DNA from: Antedon mediterranea
Taxonomy: Eukaryota > Animalia > Echinodermata
NCBI RefSeq assembly: GCF_964355755.1
Contig: NC_092675.1
Coordinates: forward strand, 8,737,812-8,801,811
Length of the DNA stretch: 64,000 nucleotides
Direction: 5' to 3'
The notes under the pieces were generated by a model. It made no database searches, was not told the DNA's origin, and saw only the letters and a list, made by a program, of their open reading frames with translations. This document shows, piece after piece, positions 61,201 through 64,000 of this stretch; the stretch's first letter is position 1; each line of letters begins with the position of its first letter. Both the position numbers and the translations under genes were made by a program.

Positions 61201-64000
61201 TTGTATGTTGCTGCTGTGGTGACGGTACAAACGTCACTGTACTACGCGGGCGTCCACTTGTGTGCGCGTTTGATTCTTAGCAACAAAGCGGCCTGAATCT
61301 TTTGTACATGCCGCTAATGTGTTATGCTTCATTGTACAGTGTTATTGTTTCCTTTATATTATCTTTTTAAGAACCTCAGTATAACTTTTTAAATTATACT
61401 AAACAAAGTTGAATTTACCTTTCAAGTATGTGTTTCTTCAACAGAAGTGGGTGTAAATATCAACGTCATGGTTTCAGCAGCTGCTAATTTCAATCCTAGA
61501 AAATGTTCTATAATAAATGAACAAAAGTATTAGGTTATAGGATATATGTGTTTATAGAGATTTTGGCAGTGAATATAAGATTTATATATACTTTGAACCG
61601 CAAGTAACCGAACGTCTACAACCATACCATGTTGAAAACACCGGTTCTCGTCCGAACACCGCAGTTAAACAACGTCGGGCCTCGTTAGTACTTGGATGGG
61701 AGACCGCCTGGGAATACCTGGTGTCGTAGACCTATGTTTAACTTTTTTAAATTATACTAAACAAAGTTTATTTTACCTTTCAATTATGTTTTTATGACAG
61801 TAACTATAAGATATTTCTAAGTTATAATCTTGAACCGCAAGTAACCGAACGTCTACAACCATACCACGTTGAAAACACCGGTTCTCGTCCGAACACCGCA
61901 GTTAAACAACGTCGGGCCTGGTTAGTACTTGGATGGGAGACCGCCTGGGAATACCTGGTGTCGTAGACCTATGTTTAACTTTTTTAAATTATACTAAACA
62001 ATGTTTATTTTACCTTTCAATTATGTTTTTTGACAGTAACTATAAGATCTTTCTCAGTTATAATCTTGAACCGCAAGTAACCGAATGTCTACAACCATAC
62101 CAAGTTGAAAACACCGTTTCTCGTCCAAACTCGTTAAACAACGTCGGGCCTGGTTAGTACTTGGATGGGAGACCGCCTGGGAATACCTGGTGTCGTAGAC
62201 CTATGTTTAACTTTTTTAAATTATACTAAACAATGTTTATTTTACCTTTCAATTATGTTTTTATGACAGTAACTATAAGATCTTTCTCAGTTATAATCTT
62301 GAACCGCAAGTAACCGAACGTCTACAACCATACCACGTTGAAAACGCCGGTTCTCGTCCGAACACCGCAGTTAAACAACGTCGGGCCTGGTTAGTACTTG
62401 GATGGGAGACCGCCTGGGAATACCTGGTGTCGTAGACCTATGTGTAACTTTTTTAAATTATACTAAATAAAGTTTATTTTACCTTTCAATTATATTTTTA
62501 TGACAGTAACTATAAGATCTTTCTAAGTTATAATCTTGAACCGCAAGTAACCGAATGTCTACAACCGTACCAGGTTGCCTAGCCTGTGAATATCTGTTGT
62601 CGTACACCTGTTTTTATCTTTTTAATAATCCTAAAATATAGTCTCGTTTAAGTGTTTCGATTTTCCAAAAATGTGTTTATACTGTTGATGATAGTATAAG
62701 TAAATAAATTCAAACTGTAACCGCAATTAATCGAAAGTTTTTCAACTAAACTGCATTGAAAACAACGGTTCTCGTCCGATCACTGAAGTTAAACAAGTTT
62801 TTGTTCAAAGACATGTTTGTTGTTGTATGTTGCTGCTGTGGTGACGGTACAAACGTCACTGTACTACGCGGGCGTCCACTTGTGTGCGCGTTTGATTCTT
62901 AGCAACAAAGCGGCCTGAATCTTTTGTACATGCCGCTAATGTGTTATGCTTCATTGTACAGTGTTATTGTTTCCTTTATATTATCTTTTTAAGAACCTCA
63001 GTATAACTTTTTAAATTATACTAAACAAAGTTGAATTTACCTTTCAAGTATGTGTTTCTTCAACAGAAGTGGGTGTAAATATCAACGTCATGGTTTCAGC
63101 AGCTGCTAATTTCAATCCTAGAAAATGTTCTATAATAAATGAACAAAAGTATTAGGTTATAGGATATATGTGTTTATAGAGATTTTGGCAGTGAATATAA
63201 GATTTATATATACTTTGAACCGCAAGTAACCGAACGTCTACAACCATACCATGTTGAAAACACCGGTTCTCGTCCGAACACCGCAGTTAAACAACGTCGG
63301 GCCTCGTTAGTACTTGGATGGGAGACCGCCTGGGAATACCTGGTGTCGTAGACCTATGTTTAACTTTTTTAAATTATACTAAACAAAGTTTATTTTACCT
63401 TTCAATTATGTTTTTATGACAGTAACTATAAGATATTTCTAAGTTATAATCTTGAACCGCAAGTAACCGAACGTCTACAACCATACCACGTTGAAAACAC
63501 CGGTTCTCGTCCGAACACCGCAGTTAAACAACGTCGGGCCTGGTTAGTACTTGGATGGGAGACCGCCTGGGAATACCTGGTGTCGTAGACCTATGTTTAA
63601 CTTTTTTAAATTATACTAAACAATGTTTATTTTACCTTTCAATTATGTTTTTTGACAGTAACTATAAGATCTTTCTCAGTTATAATCTTGAACCGCAAGT
63701 AACCGAATGTCTACAACCATACCAAGTTGAAAACACCGTTTCTCGTCCAAACTCGTTAAACAACGTCGGGCCTGGTTAGTACTTGGATGGGAGACCGCCT
63801 GGGAATACCTGGTGTCGTAGACCTATGTTTAACTTTTTTAAATTATACTAAACAATGTTTATTTTACCTTTCAATTATGTTTTTATGACAGTAACTATAA
63901 GATCTTTCTCAGTTATAATCTTGAACCGCAAGTAACCGAACGTCTACAACCATACCACGTTGAAAACGCCGGTTCTCGTCCGAACACCGCAGTTAAACAA

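Larger units (their letters stand above)
1..64000 (+). repeat. 5S rDNA tandem array with higher-order repeat structure, interrupted by five transposon insertions
   Basis: A 236-237 bp unit containing a 120-nt 5S rRNA-like sequence recurs through 920-2803, 7701-10255, 13176-25959, 30227-51652 and 58236-64000. Runs of units alternate with a ~680-bp module. Confidence 0.98.

Overview
This is eukaryotic (invertebrate animal) genomic DNA. The backbone is a + strand 5S rDNA tandem array of roughly 110 units, estimated from lengths. Each unit is 236-237 bp (120-nt 5S plus a ~117-bp spacer). The units form a higher-order repeat in which runs of 5S units alternate with a ~680-bp module (about 27 copies, hand count) made of 5S relics and an unrelated hairpin-rich segment. 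Five transposons interrupt the array, each with a readable 4-5 bp target-site duplication (TSD): a 5'-truncated CR1/L2-group LINE (37-919), an L2 LINE with an SGNH-esterase ORF1 (2804-7700), a truncated Crack-like LINE on the minus strand (10256-13175, plus a remnant copy at 14763-14995), a full-length CR1 with a PHD ORF1 (25960-30226), and a 6.6-kb Chapaev (N-RAG-TP-like) DNA transposon (51653-58235). The Chapaev is the most notable feature. It has perfect 12-bp CAC...GTG terminal inverted repeats (TIRs), a CTGG TSD inside a 5S gene, and a hand-spliced, uninterrupted 926-aa transposase over 13 coding exons, with a RAG1-like Chapa zinc finger, RING finger and DDE core. It also carries a tandem duplicate of the exon holding the second catalytic Asp; the duplicate is frame-compatible but lacks that Asp. 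Its ends look bipartite and asymmetric, and two 4-bp palindromic insertions elsewhere in the array resemble excision footprints. All calls were made by eye without database searches.
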